In this document: piece by piece, positions 17,086-27,736 of the stretch
How positions within the stretch are numbered: position 1 is the stretch's first letter
How the letters are laid out: each line of letters starts with the position of its first letter
Assembly (NCBI GenBank): GCA_964573695.1
Contig: CAZNKB010000002.1
Coordinates: forward strand, 44,302 to 108,301
DNA length: 64,000 bases
Direction: 5' to 3'
Source: an uncultured Gammaproteobacteria bacterium
GTDB lineage: Bacteria > Patescibacteriota > Microgenomatia > UBA10105 > UBA927
The notes under the pieces: generated by a model
What the model was told of the DNA's origin: nothing
What the model saw: only the letters and a program-made list of their open reading frames with translations
Databases searched by the model: none
Made by a program: the position numbers and the translations under genes

Positions 17086-17119
17086 CTCTCCTTATCTTGC
17101 ACCTCACTGTGAGTTTGGA

Positions 17120-17524
17120 TTACATGCTCGTCCGCTCGAGGAACTGGACTGCGGGAGAGTGCCTCCGTATACGGTGCAGCGTATCTATAGTCACTTGCTC
17201 ATTCTTTCTGTGAGTATTGATATTGTAGACTTGCACCACCATAGCGGCGATATTCGGGATAATGCCGCGAATTGCGTCCGGCCGCGGGCCCTTCAGTTTT
17301 TCTTCTATTTCGTCAAGCATGCCGTTCCACAAATCCTCCAGCCTCACGCGTCTTCGGAGCGCCCCGTAGGTAAATCCGGTCAGACTATCCCACTCCCCCC
17401 GTGTGATTCCGTGGTTTACGTTATCCTTCGGCATAGTTTCGTCGGATATCGCAAAAATGAGCCTATCCCGCTTATCGATGTATTCCAAAGACATAATCCG
17501 TAATTGTATCATACTATAGGTCAT
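17120..17524 (-). CDS. Hypothetical protein
   Basis: ORF fills the gap; start uncertain (17524 or 17581). Confidence 0.55.
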   Translation of the reverse strand: MTYSMIQLRIMSLEYIDKRDRLIFAISDETMPKDNVNHGITRGEWDSLTGFTYGALRRRVRLEDLWNGMLDEIEEKLKGPRPDAIRGIIPNIAAMVVQVYNINTHRKNEQVTIDTLHRIRRHSPAVQFLERTSM

Positions 17525-17601
17525 AATACAACACTCCCTACGTTCTTCATGAAGCGGGATAACTATTGCTACAATAACCAAAATACCCTATAATTTCCCA
17601 A

Positions 17602-18165
17602 ATGCGCTCGCACGAACATCCTGTACTCCCACTTCTTCGCCAGGCAGAAGCCGCATGGCGCCGAAAAACGACTACCTCTTCGGTATCTGCCCGCCTACAA
17701 AGAAACGTCACCAGACTATTTGAATTGGCGAAAGATCAGCCCGACGTCCTGAGCGTACGAGCGCAGGATCTCGATAGCGCTGTACGGCTGTTTAACCACC
17801 TGCGTCGAAGCAATAGCCTTACTGGCGCCGAATCACGCACACTTGCCCAGATACTCCCCGGAGAATTCCGTCTTCCTACATTTGGCCAATTATCCCGAAA
17901 CACAAGGCAATCCAGATCGTTTTTTGACATGATGATTTCCCGGCTGCAACGGGGCGATTACGGATTTACCCAAAATATCGCCCAACCGGAAACACTGGGT
18001 ACCCTGACCATACTTTCCGGCTATAGCCTGGCGACACATCGGCAATTAGCGTTTCGCAGGCACGCCGTGGGTTCGGGATTTGATAATATCCTCGTAAGCG
18101 GCCTCAGTACCATGCTCAACCCCGAAAGCGCACTCTATCGCGATATTTTCCGCGCCGCGGCCTAA
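17602..18165 (+). CDS. Hypothetical protein
   Basis: 187 aa; TATAAT 7 bp upstream of ATG. Confidence 0.65.
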   Translation: MRSHEHPVLPLLRQAEAAWRRKTTTSSVSARLQRNVTRLFELAKDQPDVLSVRAQDLDSAVRLFNHLRRSNSLTGAESRTLAQILPGEFRLPTFGQLSRNTRQSRSFFDMMISRLQRGDYGFTQNIAQPETLGTLTILSGYSLATHRQLAFRRHAVGSGFDNILVSGLSTMLNPESALYRDIFRAAA

Positions 18166-18232
18166 TCCTATGCTTATTTACTGATAATGTAAGTTGTATT
18201 ACAATACCGGCTTCCGAAAGAAAGACCGTCTT

Positions 18233-18604
18233 ATGCCGTCAGCCCGTTGTGAAAATACAGATTGCCGAGCAGTCCTTACCGCTGCAACCGCGGAGGAATT
18301 ATTCGAAAAGGCGCTCGCCCACCACCGTGGCAGGAAAACCGAAGGCCTCATCATATCCCTATTGGGTGCCCGCGGCACCAAAGACAGTCACCATGCGTGC
18401 CGGGACTTCGAGATCTTTGACGACGCTGAAATAAGCCTGGGGAAATGGCACTTTGCCAATGACCAGTATTCGGATATGTGGTCAACCGCCACGCTACTTA
18501 CCGGAAGAGCCAATACGCATCACCGCTATGACCGCAGGGATCGCGGAGACCGCACGGAAAACAGGCAATATTACGAGCGCCCCAAGCGTCCACGACGAGG
18601 TTAA
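18233..18604 (+). CDS. Small putative metal-binding protein (DUF1059-like N-terminus)
   Basis: CENTDC...TAATAEELFEKALAHH (C-C-H-H pattern) and an Arg-rich tail. Confidence 0.5.
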   Translation: MPSARCENTDCRAVLTAATAEELFEKALAHHRGRKTEGLIISLLGARGTKDSHHACRDFEIFDDAEISLGKWHFANDQYSDMWSTATLLTGRANTHHRYDRRDRGDRTENRQYYERPKRPRRG

Positions 18605-18846
18605 GGAGCCACAAAGCACACTGCGTGCTGTGTAATCGTTAGTTTTTTGTGATGCACCGCATTGGTCGAAGCGTTCATACTTCCGGACAGATCCAGGCCG
18701 TTTAAGGGACTGTTGGGATTGGTACACCTTCCTGTGACGAAGTAGTTGTTCCCGTCGGCAAACGGCTTTAGGCCGCGTGCGCTGGCACGAGCGTAGAACT
18801 TACATCCCTCACACGGAGGCTCTGACTCTTGTCGTTGGGCTCTCAT
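18601..18846 (-). CDS. Small Cys-containing hypothetical protein
   Basis: CEGC ... C ... C; 81 aa; convergent with the previous gene. Confidence 0.45.
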   Translation of the reverse strand: MRAQRQESEPPCEGCKFYARASARGLKPFADGNNYFVTGRCTNPNSPLNGLDLSGSMNASTNAVHHKKLTITQHAVCFVAP

Positions 18847-19031
18847 AATCTATTTCCTGGAATCTTATTCGTCTTTCCTGCCAAAGAATCATAGTATAGT
18901 AGATTTTTGCCCATACCTCAAATGAAATGGCGCTAATACAAGGCAAACTACTACTTTTCCTCGCAAAAATTCTGCGGATCTACTACTTACCCCTTGCATC
19001 TGGTAGGGGTTTTGCATTTAAATAGTCCAAT

Positions 19032-19475
19032 ATGAATGACCAACTCTCAAGTGAGCCAACACAAACTTCCGACACAGCAAGTGCCGACACAGTACTGGAA
19101 TTAGAGTCAATGATCAAAAATTCCGTTGCGACGATAGACCGCAACAAAACCGAGCTCAAAAAACTCAAAGAGATGCTCGAAAGCGCTCTTTTAAACGACG
19201 AGCCCTACCGCCTAGCGAGCGAAAAAACCAAAGAAGCCGCCAAGGAAAAAGGCAAAGCGAAAATGAACGTCATGCAAAACCCGGCAACCAAACAAATCGC
19301 AGACAAAGTCAAAGACATGACCCAGGAAAACAAAGATCTCGTTTCCGCACAATCCGAATACCTTCGCGAATACGCGAGGCTTTCGGGAACGAACGAGATC
19401 GAAGGCGAAGACGGCGAAGTAAGAGAAATTATCTACGTCGCTAAATTGGTCAAAAAGGCCAAACGAAATTCATGA
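19032..19475 (+). CDS. Coiled-coil hypothetical protein
   Basis: Lys/Glu-rich helical 147 aa ORF overlapping the next gene by 4 bp. Confidence 0.8.
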   Translation: MNDQLSSEPTQTSDTASADTVLELESMIKNSVATIDRNKTELKKLKEMLESALLNDEPYRLASEKTKEAAKEKGKAKMNVMQNPATKQIADKVKDMTQENKDLVSAQSEYLREYARLSGTNEIEGEDGEVREIIYVAKLVKKAKRNS

Positions 19476-21307
19476 AACCCAATCGGCCCACAGTGGGCAA
19501 ACCGCCAAACTCACCGAGACTACCTTGGTGGTATTTTGCATTCGCGGCGGCTTTTCTCATACTCGCGACTTTTTTCCGGATTTGGCTTCTCGATCGGATC
19601 CCCACGGGTATCGTCGGGGATGAACTGGATTATGTGCTGAATGCCAAGGCGATCTATCACACCGGCGGCAGCATCATTACGAAAGACTGGTCCCCTCTCT
19701 CTCTTACTACCGTTCCCGATGAAATTCCCAAAGCGGAATTTCCCTATGTCATAAGTCTGCCGTTTGTAGGCCCGTTTGGCCTTTCGCTATTTACCGCACG
19801 CGTAGGATACGCCATAGTGAGCGTCCTCTATGTCCTTCTCGTCGCTTTTTGCGCTGCTGTATTTTTTTCTCCCTGGGTGGGGCTTACTGCCGGATTTATG
19901 GCAGCCATAAATCCGTGGAGTATTTATTACGGCAGGACGGCCTACGATGTCCCGATCGCCATAACCGGCTACATTGCAGCTCTTGTTATCCTCGCCAAAT
20001 GGAAAGGTCCCAAGCTGCTCCTGGCTCTTATCCCGCTCTTTATCGCGTTTTATAGCTACATAGGCACCAAAGTACTGTTCCTTCCGTTCGTGATCGTGTC
20101 GGTAGCCGGCGTGTGGCTCACCATACAAAAGCGGCGGGAGACTATATGGCTTGCCATTGTGGGAATCGTAGCGACGTGCATGTTCGGATATTTCGTCGTG
20201 CAGTTGCGTACCCTCGATGCCAACGAACGGGTCAACCAGCTGTTTACGCCATTTAACCAAACGGTGGTGAACGACGTAGACGGTCAGCGCCGTATGACTC
20301 TTGCGTCACCGCTTACCCGGATTTTTGCCAATAAACCCGTCGTGTATACCAAGACCGCACTTATCAAATTTTTTGGAGCATTTTCCCCCTCGATATTATT
20401 TACCAACGGGGAGGGAATCGCGACATTTTCACTCTGGGAACACGGACTGTTTTATCCCGTAGACGCGTTGTTTTTACTCATCGGCATCGGCGTATTGTTT
20501 GGTTCCTCACCCTCGCTGCTTGTATTTTTTGGCATCCTTATCGCCCTCTCTACGCTTCCTTCTGTGCTCTCTACCGAAGGCACGACCTACGTACACCGCT
20601 CGTCGCTTATGTATCCCTTGCTCACGATACTTATAAGCTACGGCATCGTATCTTCGGCAGAGCGTATCAGGAGTTCCTGGCGCAAGTGGTTTGTAGGAAT
20701 TACCATAATCATATACCTTGTCGCGGTCATCAACTTTTCGTATCTGTATTATTTCCGGTTCCCCTATTACAACTCCGAAGCATTTGGTCTGAGTCAGCGC
20801 ATCTATAGCCGGTATATGACCCTCGCCAACGAAAAAGGGATCCCCGTCATAAATATTTCCAGTTCTTCGGTCGGATATTTCCGGAATTTTATTTTCTACA
20901 ACAATATCCCGTCTCAGGAGACTATTTCTGCTATCCGCAAGGCGTTCGAAGACAAATCCTTTACCTGGGGGCTGTCGTCTTTTTCGGACAGCTGCCCGAC
21001 GACTGCCGATATACGTTCCGGCGACACCTCCTATATCCTTTCCGATACATCGCCCTGCAAAGAATTTTTCATCAAAAAACCCATGCTCGCGATCCCGACA
21101 CTCGCCGACGGGGGTTCGCTCTATATGATTTTTAACGACCGCGTCTGCGGACAATACGCACTGTCCAACTACCCTTCGGGATTTACGATAGGCGATTTCG
21201 ACGTGGAAAAGCTTTCGGAGAAACAATTTTGCGAGCGATTTATCATCCGCTACAGCCAGCCGCTCTACATGCCTCAGGACAAAAACGGCACCTGGGTCAC
21301 CCCGTAA
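19472..21307 (+). CDS. ArnT/PMT-like (GT-C) membrane glycosyltransferase
   Basis: GDELDY motif in the first loop, multiple TM helices, INPWSIYYGR. Confidence 0.82.
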   Translation: MKPNRPTVGKPPNSPRLPWWYFAFAAAFLILATFFRIWLLDRIPTGIVGDELDYVLNAKAIYHTGGSIITKDWSPLSLTTVPDEIPKAEFPYVISLPFVGPFGLSLFTARVGYAIVSVLYVLLVAFCAAVFFSPWVGLTAGFMAAINPWSIYYGRTAYDVPIAITGYIAALVILAKWKGPKLLLALIPLFIAFYSYIGTKVLFLPFVIVSVAGVWLTIQKRRETIWLAIVGIVATCMFGYFVVQLRTLDANERVNQLFTPFNQTVVNDVDGQRRMTLASPLTRIFANKPVVYTKTALIKFFGAFSPSILFTNGEGIATFSLWEHGLFYPVDALFLLIGIGVLFGSSPSLLVFFGILIALSTLPSVLSTEGTTYVHRSSLMYPLLTILISYGIVSSAERIRSSWRKWFVGITIIIYLVAVINFSYLYYFRFPYYNSEAFGLSQRIYSRYMTLANEKGIPVINISSSSVGYFRNFIFYNNIPSQETISAIRKAFEDKSFTWGLSSFSDSCPTTADIRSGDTSYILSDTSPCKEFFIKKPMLAIPTLADGGSLYMIFNDRVCGQYALSNYPSGFTIGDFDVEKLSEKQFCERFIIRYSQPLYMPQDKNGTWVTP

Positions 21308-21311
21308 ATTT

Positions 21312-21992
21312 CTACACAATCTCTATGGACTTTCGTCGCTTCGTGACGAAAAACCATTCTTCCTTGGGGCTTATGAGCCAGCGGGCGATTACCCGAAGCG
21401 CATCCTTATACTGCGTTTTGTGACATTTGGCTGCCGCTACCTTTTTGGCAAATGTGCGCCCGACCCTAACGACCATATCCACGTCAGCGCGCTTGAATCC
21501 GGGCGGAAAAAATACGAAATAATCTTTCATCATGCTGCTTACAAACTCGCTCACGCAGTTGTACCAAATCGAGTCGATACTGCGATTCTCACGGTAAACA
21601 TAACTTGTGATCATCGCCACAGCCACATGATCCAAATGTCCGGAAACGCCGCGGAGTTCGGTGGTAATGAGAAGCGAAGGCTTATACTCCTTCACCAATT
21701 CGGTCAGCTTGGCCGCTACTTCGTGATATACGTTATTGTTGAGCGTCCCGTCCTGAAAATGCAAAAGGTGCACGTGCTGCACACCGAGCGCTTTAGCCGA
21801 TGCGCGAAGTTCCTCTATGCGCAGGTCAGAAAGCTTTTTGCCCCCAATCGGATGAAACCGGGGATCGCTTGCCCCGTCGGTCACGCAGATGACGTGGACA
21901 TCGTGTACTTTCGCTAGCAGCGCCAGCGTACCCGAAGGACCAAACGCTTCATCGTCTGGGTGAGCTATTACGCAAAATACCGTTTTTTTCAT
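21312..21992 (-). CDS. PIG-L/LmbE-family deacetylase
   Basis: AHPDDE, GHLDH and HKTQ motifs. Confidence 0.92.
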   Translation of the reverse strand: MKKTVFCVIAHPDDEAFGPSGTLALLAKVHDVHVICVTDGASDPRFHPIGGKKLSDLRIEELRASAKALGVQHVHLLHFQDGTLNNNVYHEVAAKLTELVKEYKPSLLITTELRGVSGHLDHVAVAMITSYVYRENRSIDSIWYNCVSEFVSSMMKDYFVFFPPGFKRADVDMVVRVGRTFAKKVAAAKCHKTQYKDALRVIARWLISPKEEWFFVTKRRKSIEIV

Positions 21993-22014
21993 TGATGTAG
22001 ATTATAATACACCC
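21993..22014. promoter_or_regulatory. Bidirectional -10 element (ATTATAAT) between two divergent leaderless genes
   Basis: 22-bp intergenic region; TATAAT on both strands, 6 and 8 bp from the two ATGs. Confidence 0.65.
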
Positions 22015-22935
22015 ATGAAGGTATTTACACAGTTTGGTGAGGATCTCCGCACTGTCTGGGCTACGGCTTATGAGGCAAACCGGGACCCATGGCCCTTCCT
22101 TACGTTTGCCTGGCACGAAGCCTGGTACACGCATCTTGCCTCAAAGGTGCGGCTTATGATCTTTTCTGACGACGAAAAAAAAGTACTCCTCCCCCTGGCA
22201 TTATCCGCAAACACCGCACATTTTACCGGAGGAGAAGAAATCGCCGACTATCTGGATATGATAGGAAACGAGGAAAACAAACAGTCGCTGTGGCAGGAAG
22301 TATTGGCGGCGCTGAAAACCCAAAACATTACACGCCTCTCACTTCGCAACATACCGGCTTTTTCAGAAAGCCTGGCCTTTTTCCGCAACCTAGGTACTAC
22401 CCATGTGGAAGAAGAGGATTCCACGCCGATACTTCGGCTTCCCGAATCTTTTGAGGCTTACGTATCATCCCTCGACCGCAAAAGGCGTCACGAGATGCGT
22501 CGGAAACTTCGTAAGTTCGAAGAAAACAATCCTCAGTCAGTGTTTGCGCCTCTTTCTCGCCCGGACATGGATTTACTCATTCGGCTCATGCGCCTCAATC
22601 CGGAAAAGAATACCTTCCTGACTCCAAACATGGAAAAATTCTTCCGTCACCTCCCGTCTTTCTGTACTACCGGGCTCAAGCAGTTCGTCCTCACCGGGAA
22701 TAACCAGCCCATTGCGACCACACTCGCATTTACTTCCAAAAAGGCGTTGCTCCTCTATAATTCGGGGTATGATCCGTCGATAGAGGGCGCGGGCTGGTAC
22801 CTCAAATCCAAACTTATCGCCTGGGCGGTGGAGCATACATATTCTGAAATAAATTTCCTTCAGGGCAAAGAACGATACAAATACGATATGGGGGCAAAAG
22901 ACGAAATGGTATATCGCGTAGAAATTTTACTTTAG
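22015..22935 (+). CDS. GNAT acetyltransferase (CelD/BcsL-like)
   Basis: LPESFEAYVSSLDRKRRHEMRRK, YNSGYD and FLQGKERYK patterns. Confidence 0.85.
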   Translation: MKVFTQFGEDLRTVWATAYEANRDPWPFLTFAWHEAWYTHLASKVRLMIFSDDEKKVLLPLALSANTAHFTGGEEIADYLDMIGNEENKQSLWQEVLAALKTQNITRLSLRNIPAFSESLAFFRNLGTTHVEEEDSTPILRLPESFEAYVSSLDRKRRHEMRRKLRKFEENNPQSVFAPLSRPDMDLLIRLMRLNPEKNTFLTPNMEKFFRHLPSFCTTGLKQFVLTGNNQPIATTLAFTSKKALLLYNSGYDPSIEGAGWYLKSKLIAWAVEHTYSEINFLQGKERYKYDMGAKDEMVYRVEILL

Positions 22936-22963
22936 GAATATATTTGATATACTAGATTGATTA

Positions 22964-25513
22964 GTGATACGTATTCCTCATCTTTCGCAGGCAAAAGCAG
23001 AATCTCTGCTTCGCACATACGGGCCGAACGCCTTGAGTGAGCAATCCTCGCACTCTCCTCTTACGATATTTATCGATCAGTTCAAGAATATCCTCGTCGT
23101 CATGCTTATGGGGGCCGCAGGTCTTTCATTTTTTCTCGGTGACGCATTGGACGGAGCCCTCATCCTGACGATTCTTGTGCTCAACGCGCTGTTAGGGTTC
23201 GCCCAGGAATTCAAAGCAGAGAAAGCCCTCTCTGCACTCAAACGCATGACCGTCGGCATGGTAAAAGTTCTGCGGGACAATAAAATGATTGAACTCCCGA
23301 GTACGGATATCGTCCCGGGAGATATTATCTTTTTGGATGAAGGAGATAAAGTTCCGGCAGACGCAACACTGGTTGAAGCGATCCATATTGAACTAAACGA
23401 GGCAGCGCTTACCGGCGAATCGCTCCCCGTCGAGAAAAATACCACAACAGATCCTGAAATATTCATGGGTACAATAGTTTCGAGAGGGCGTGGTACTGCC
23501 AAAATCACAAAAACAGGCATGCGCACAAAATTTGGCTCCATTGCGACCAAATTGGGAGAAATCACCGACGAAGAAACCCCACTCGAGAAAAAAATGGCGA
23601 CACTAGGCAAACAACTCGGGATGGTCGCACTGGCATGTTCGAGTATTATTTTCGGATACGGGTTTATTCGCCATGATCCGCTATTTGAGTCACTCCTTAC
23701 CGCAATAAGCTTGGCTGTCGCTGCCGTTCCTGAGGGATTACCTGCAGTCGTCACCATTGCTCTTGCTGTGGGAACACAACGTATGGCCCGTCAAAAATCC
23801 ATACTTCGCAAGCTCTCGGCTATTGAATCGTTAGGAAGTGTCACCGTTATTGCCACAGATAAGACTGGCACGCTTACACAAAATGATATGCGCGTGACAG
23901 ACGTATGGGCTGCCGGCAAAGCCTACAAATTAGAAGGCCTCAAGAAAAAAGTCCCTCCGATTCTTAAGAATCTTATTATCACAGGAGTACACTGCAACAA
24001 TGCAAGTTTGTCTCATTCGTATCAGGACGAAAAACCGACAGTCGTCGGAGACAAAACCGAGGGATCGCTTTTGCTGTTTGCCCACGATCTTCATGTATCG
24101 ACGGACGAAATACGTAGCGAAGGATCGCTTGTCGAAGAATTTGCGTTTACTTCCCTGCTTAAAATGATGACCGTCGTCATCAGAAAGGGAAAAAAGTCAT
24201 TCGTATACTCAAAAGGCGCACCAGAGGCAATATTGAATATATCCACTCACTATCAAAAAGGAAATGACGTATATCCACTCACCTCTGCCGCGCGGAAAGA
24301 AATAGAATCAGAGTTCCGGGCGTTCGCCGCAAAAGGCCTACGCATGATCGCACTCGCCAAACGGGATGTGATATGGAAAAAACAATCCCGAGAAGAAATA
24401 GAATCGAACCTTACATTTCTCGGATTTGTTGGAATTGCTGACCCGCCGCGCCCCCAGATTGCCGATGCCGTACACCTCGCTCAAAAAGCCGGGATCACAA
24501 CCGTTATGATTACCGGAGACAATGAATTGACTGCACAAGCCATTGGTGAAGAAATTGGGCTACTCAAATCCGGCGATCAGGTACTCACCGGAGCCCAGTT
24601 TGCTTCCCTTTCAGATGCAGAGGCGACTCAATCACTTGCGAAAACTCGTATTTTTGCCCGGACGACACCGGAGCAAAAACACAGAATTGTGCAGCTGCTT
24701 CAGCGCATGGGACACGTTGTCGCAGTCACGGGAGACGGGGTAAACGACGCCCTGGCACTCAAACAAGCAGATGTCGGAGTAGCTATGGGCATCACAGGAA
24801 CCGACGTCGCCAAAGAAGCCTCGGACATGATTATCACGGACGATAACTATGCGTCGCTCGTAGTAGCTATCGAAGAGGGTAGAACGATTTTTGACAATAT
24901 CAAATCCACCACGAAATATCTGATCGGGTGTAATTTGGGTGAAATAGGAGCTATCACTGGCGGAGTTCTTCTCGGGTGGCCGTTTATCTTAAGCCCGCTT
25001 CATATTCTGTATGTAAACCTCGTGACAGACGGCTTGCCCGCTATCGGGCTCTCCCTTACTCCAAAGCAGGGGGACATCATGGCCCAAAAGCCGCGTATGG
25101 AAAAAACGATATTCAATAACCACGACGTCTTTTGGTTTATAGAAGTCGGCATCATAACGACTCTTGCTACGCTTATTTCCTTTACGATTGGATCGGAAAC
25201 GAGCGTCACATTAGGCAGGACACTGGCGTTTCTGGCGATAATACTCGCGCAGCAGTATATTTTTTATGATATAGCAAGCCGAAACAAAACTATTCTCCAA
25301 CTCTCTGTACGCCGTTTCCCTTGGATCGTATTGCCCGTCATCATTATGATCGGGCAGGTGCTCCTTTTGGAAGTTCCCGCATTTGAACACATCTTCCAAA
25401 CCGTTGCACCGCCGATCATATTTTCCGTACTGAGTGTCGGGATCACAAGCACCTTGCTGATCGTTTCCGAGCTGAGGAAAAAATACGGCAAGCATTTGTA
25501 CTATCATCACTAA
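22964..25513 (+). CDS. P-type cation-transporting ATPase (Ca2+-type, P2A-like)
   Basis: TGES, PEGL, DKTGTLT, KGAPE, DPPR, TGDN, GDGVND. Confidence 0.96.
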   Translation: MIRIPHLSQAKAESLLRTYGPNALSEQSSHSPLTIFIDQFKNILVVMLMGAAGLSFFLGDALDGALILTILVLNALLGFAQEFKAEKALSALKRMTVGMVKVLRDNKMIELPSTDIVPGDIIFLDEGDKVPADATLVEAIHIELNEAALTGESLPVEKNTTTDPEIFMGTIVSRGRGTAKITKTGMRTKFGSIATKLGEITDEETPLEKKMATLGKQLGMVALACSSIIFGYGFIRHDPLFESLLTAISLAVAAVPEGLPAVVTIALAVGTQRMARQKSILRKLSAIESLGSVTVIATDKTGTLTQNDMRVTDVWAAGKAYKLEGLKKKVPPILKNLIITGVHCNNASLSHSYQDEKPTVVGDKTEGSLLLFAHDLHVSTDEIRSEGSLVEEFAFTSLLKMMTVVIRKGKKSFVYSKGAPEAILNISTHYQKGNDVYPLTSAARKEIESEFRAFAAKGLRMIALAKRDVIWKKQSREEIESNLTFLGFVGIADPPRPQIADAVHLAQKAGITTVMITGDNELTAQAIGEEIGLLKSGDQVLTGAQFASLSDAEATQSLAKTRIFARTTPEQKHRIVQLLQRMGHVVAVTGDGVNDALALKQADVGVAMGITGTDVAKEASDMIITDDNYASLVVAIEEGRTIFDNIKSTTKYLIGCNLGEIGAITGGVLLGWPFILSPLHILYVNLVTDGLPAIGLSLTPKQGDIMAQKPRMEKTIFNNHDVFWFIEVGIITTLATLISFTIGSETSVTLGRTLAFLAIILAQQYIFYDIASRNKTILQLSVRRFPWIVLPVIIMIGQVLLLEVPAFEHIFQTVAPPIIFSVLSVGITSTLLIVSELRKKYGKHLYYHH

Positions 25514-25586
25514 GAACGTCCGAAATTGAACCCATGATGTATAATACAGGCAACGATAATACCGGGACGGTTTTGTACGAATAATT

Positions 25587-26165
25587 ATGGATAAGAAAAA
25601 AGTACTCTTAATCGCAGGCGTCATCTTGATCATATTGGTCATTGCTGGGGCTGCGTATATGTTCGGCAAACGACAATCTTTTCCGGGAACGACAGAAATA
25701 ACCCCGACGCCCACCATAGAACTATCCGTAAGCCCGACCGACGGAACGACGCCCACTCCTTCGCTCACGCCGACCAAATCGCCAACCACCACCCCCACCA
25801 AAAAACCGACACTCACTCCCACCACAAGCCCGACTCCGTCTCCAACCACGACGCCGGGAGTCGTCAACATAGAAGCAAGCGTCACACCTACTACAAGTGC
25901 GGCGTGCAGCCAAAAATTCACCTTCAGCGCAAAAATCTATACTAACGGTGCCGCCACAGTAAAATACAAGTGGCTCCGAAGCGACAACGCAAGCGCGGCG
26001 GAACAAACACTCACCTATACCGAGGCGGGTATGCAAACCGTTACGACAGAATGGACACTCGGACAAGCATCCGGCTCTACCTATAACGGCTGGGAGCGAA
26101 TAGAAATAACAAGTCCGGGATCTGCTTTGGGAAACAAAGCGGAATTTACCCTCTCCTGTCCGTAA
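25587..26165 (+). CDS. Membrane-anchored surface protein with Pro/Thr linker and Ig-like domain
   Basis: N-terminal TM helix, TPTP repeats, beta-rich C-terminus with two Cys. Confidence 0.8.
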   Translation: MDKKKVLLIAGVILIILVIAGAAYMFGKRQSFPGTTEITPTPTIELSVSPTDGTTPTPSLTPTKSPTTTPTKKPTLTPTTSPTPSPTTTPGVVNIEASVTPTTSAACSQKFTFSAKIYTNGAATVKYKWLRSDNASAAEQTLTYTEAGMQTVTTEWTLGQASGSTYNGWERIEITSPGSALGNKAEFTLSCP

Positions 26166-26200
26166 GCTGACCCTAATGACGGTCAACGGCACCTGTCTTT

Positions 26201-26953
26201 ATGCTCGAACGGTTGCAGGCAACGGTTGCGCGCAGATTACCACAATGGATGTTTGACATCCGCATCTCCCCAAGTTCTCACGAAAGAATCCGAAGTGTTA
26301 GACAAACGCTAAACGAACATCCGTCATGGAACGCCATATTGTACTTTAACCATTTGGCGTACGGAGATCCGGGTATCTGGGGATATATCGCACGGACCGT
26401 AGATCCGGACGCGAGTCGTATCGCGGCCGTACTGGCTTCGAAATATCATACGACGTTTCGCAATAATCCGGCTTTCGCGCTTGCCGCACGCGCCGGGGAC
26501 ATCTTAGGCGGGATCCATGTCATTCCGACTATTCAGGCATATATGGTAGAAGACCCTCACTATGGTTTTACCCAGTCCGACGCAAGGAGAAATCAAAAGG
26601 AAATACTGCAAACCATACACGCATTTAGAAAACGAAAGCCGCTCATGTTACTCATATCGCCCGAAGGCCATAGAAGCGACGACCAAACGCTCGGCCAACC
26701 CGAAAAAGGCGTCGCGTCATTTGGTGCTATGCTCGCTCCCGCGCTTCTGATTCCGACCGGCATTTATTACGAAGGGAACTTCCGAAGGAACGGCATCAAC
26801 ACGCGTTCCCGAAAACACCCCGTCATCGCAATAGCCGAAGTCGGTGAGCCTCTCGTCCAAGAAAACCGCCACCACCGCGTACCGCTCGAAACAATGATGC
26901 ATCACCTTGCGCGGACGCTACCGAGAGAACTTCGCGGAGCCTGGAGAGAATGA
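26201..26953 (+). CDS. PlsC-like acyltransferase
   Basis: NHLAYGD (HxxxxD) and SPEGHRS motifs. Confidence 0.7.
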   Translation: MLERLQATVARRLPQWMFDIRISPSSHERIRSVRQTLNEHPSWNAILYFNHLAYGDPGIWGYIARTVDPDASRIAAVLASKYHTTFRNNPAFALAARAGDILGGIHVIPTIQAYMVEDPHYGFTQSDARRNQKEILQTIHAFRKRKPLMLLISPEGHRSDDQTLGQPEKGVASFGAMLAPALLIPTGIYYEGNFRRNGINTRSRKHPVIAIAEVGEPLVQENRHHRVPLETMMHHLARTLPRELRGAWRE

Positions 26954-27003
26954 CATTGCCGCCCAATGTAGATCAGGCCGCTCTTCTTTGATATAATTCC
27001 GTT

Positions 27004-27051
27004 ACGGGCCTGTAGCTGAACCCCGATAAGATCGGGGCAGGCGGTAGAGCA
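27004..27051 (+). repeat. Duplicated tRNA-Lys 5' end interrupted by a hairpin
   Basis: ACGGGCCTGTAGCT-[GAA CCCCGAT AAG ATCGGGG CAGG]-CGGTAGAGCA versus ACGGGCCTGTAGCT-CAA-CGGTAGAGCA at 27294; TGaTATAAT at 26989-26997. Confidence 0.9.
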
Positions 27052-27058
27052 GGACAAT

Positions 27059-27316
27059 ATGGCTTGGGTATATATCCTACGTAATACGATAACTAATCGT
27101 TATTATGTTGGATCAACTATTGACCTAAAGAGAAGACTAAAACAGCATAAAAGCGGCAATACGAGAACAACAAAAATATTAGGAACAAAGGACTTGGTTT
27201 ATACGGAAGAATACGCAACGGAAATTGAAGCGAGGAGCAGAGAAAAACAAATAAAGTCGTATAAAAGTAAAGCGTATATAGAAAATTTAATACACGGGCC
27301 TGTAGCTCAACGGTAG
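27059..27316 (+). CDS. Small GIY-YIG nuclease (UPF0213/SLX1-like)
   Basis: WVYIL...YYVGST.DLKRRLKQH...EARSREKQIK; the last 21 nt lie inside tRNA-Lys. Confidence 0.92.
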   Translation: MAWVYILRNTITNRYYVGSTIDLKRRLKQHKSGNTRTTKILGTKDLVYTEEYATEIEARSREKQIKSYKSKAYIENLIHGPVAQR

Positions 27317-27367
27317 AGCAGTAGCCTTTTAAGCTATTGGTTCTGGGTTCGAATCCCAGCGGGCTCA
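27296..27367 (+). tRNA. tRNA-Lys(TTT)
   Basis: Cloverleaf with GTAGC-CTTTTAA-GCTAT anticodon arm and CTGGG-TTCGAAT-CCCAG T arm. Confidence 0.97.
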
Positions 27368-27448
27368 CAATTTTGGAAATCGAAACATGGTTGAGGTGAT
27401 AGCTGAATGCTAATGCCATGAGGGCCTAGTCCATTATCACGAATATCT

Positions 27449-27667
27449 TCAATACCTTCCTTCTTTTTCCCATTTACGCCTAAACGCCTCGAAAGATATA
27501 CCTCTTTTGCCGTACGAATTTCTGCGCATCACTTCGGCATCATAGGCGTTTCGAAGCCTGGTAAGACGCTCATGATATGCGTTAAATACTCGCATTTTCT
27601 CCTGAGCCGAACGCGATATCGGTTCTACCGATGAAAACCCACGCAGACCTCTCACAGTATGGTACAT
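27449..27667 (-). CDS. Small hypothetical protein
   Basis: 72 aa; TGaTATACT immediately upstream. Confidence 0.5.
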   Translation of the reverse strand: MYHTVRGLRGFSSVEPISRSAQEKMRVFNAYHERLTRLRNAYDAEVMRRNSYGKRGISFEAFRRKWEKEGRY

Positions 27668-27736
27668 AGTATATCATGGGAACTCAAAGAATCACACAAT
27701 TCTGAAGATTTCTTATCGATATAGCAATAATGTGTA

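Noticed and set aside
25690-25860. Tandem ACC/CCG-rich repeats
   Set aside because: They simply encode a Pro/Thr linker.
27004-27367. Reading the GIY-YIG inserts at tRNA-Lys and tRNA-Gly as group I introns with homing endonucleases
   Set aside because: The downstream tRNAs are complete and uninterrupted, the 5' end is duplicated rather than split, and there is no room for a ribozyme core.
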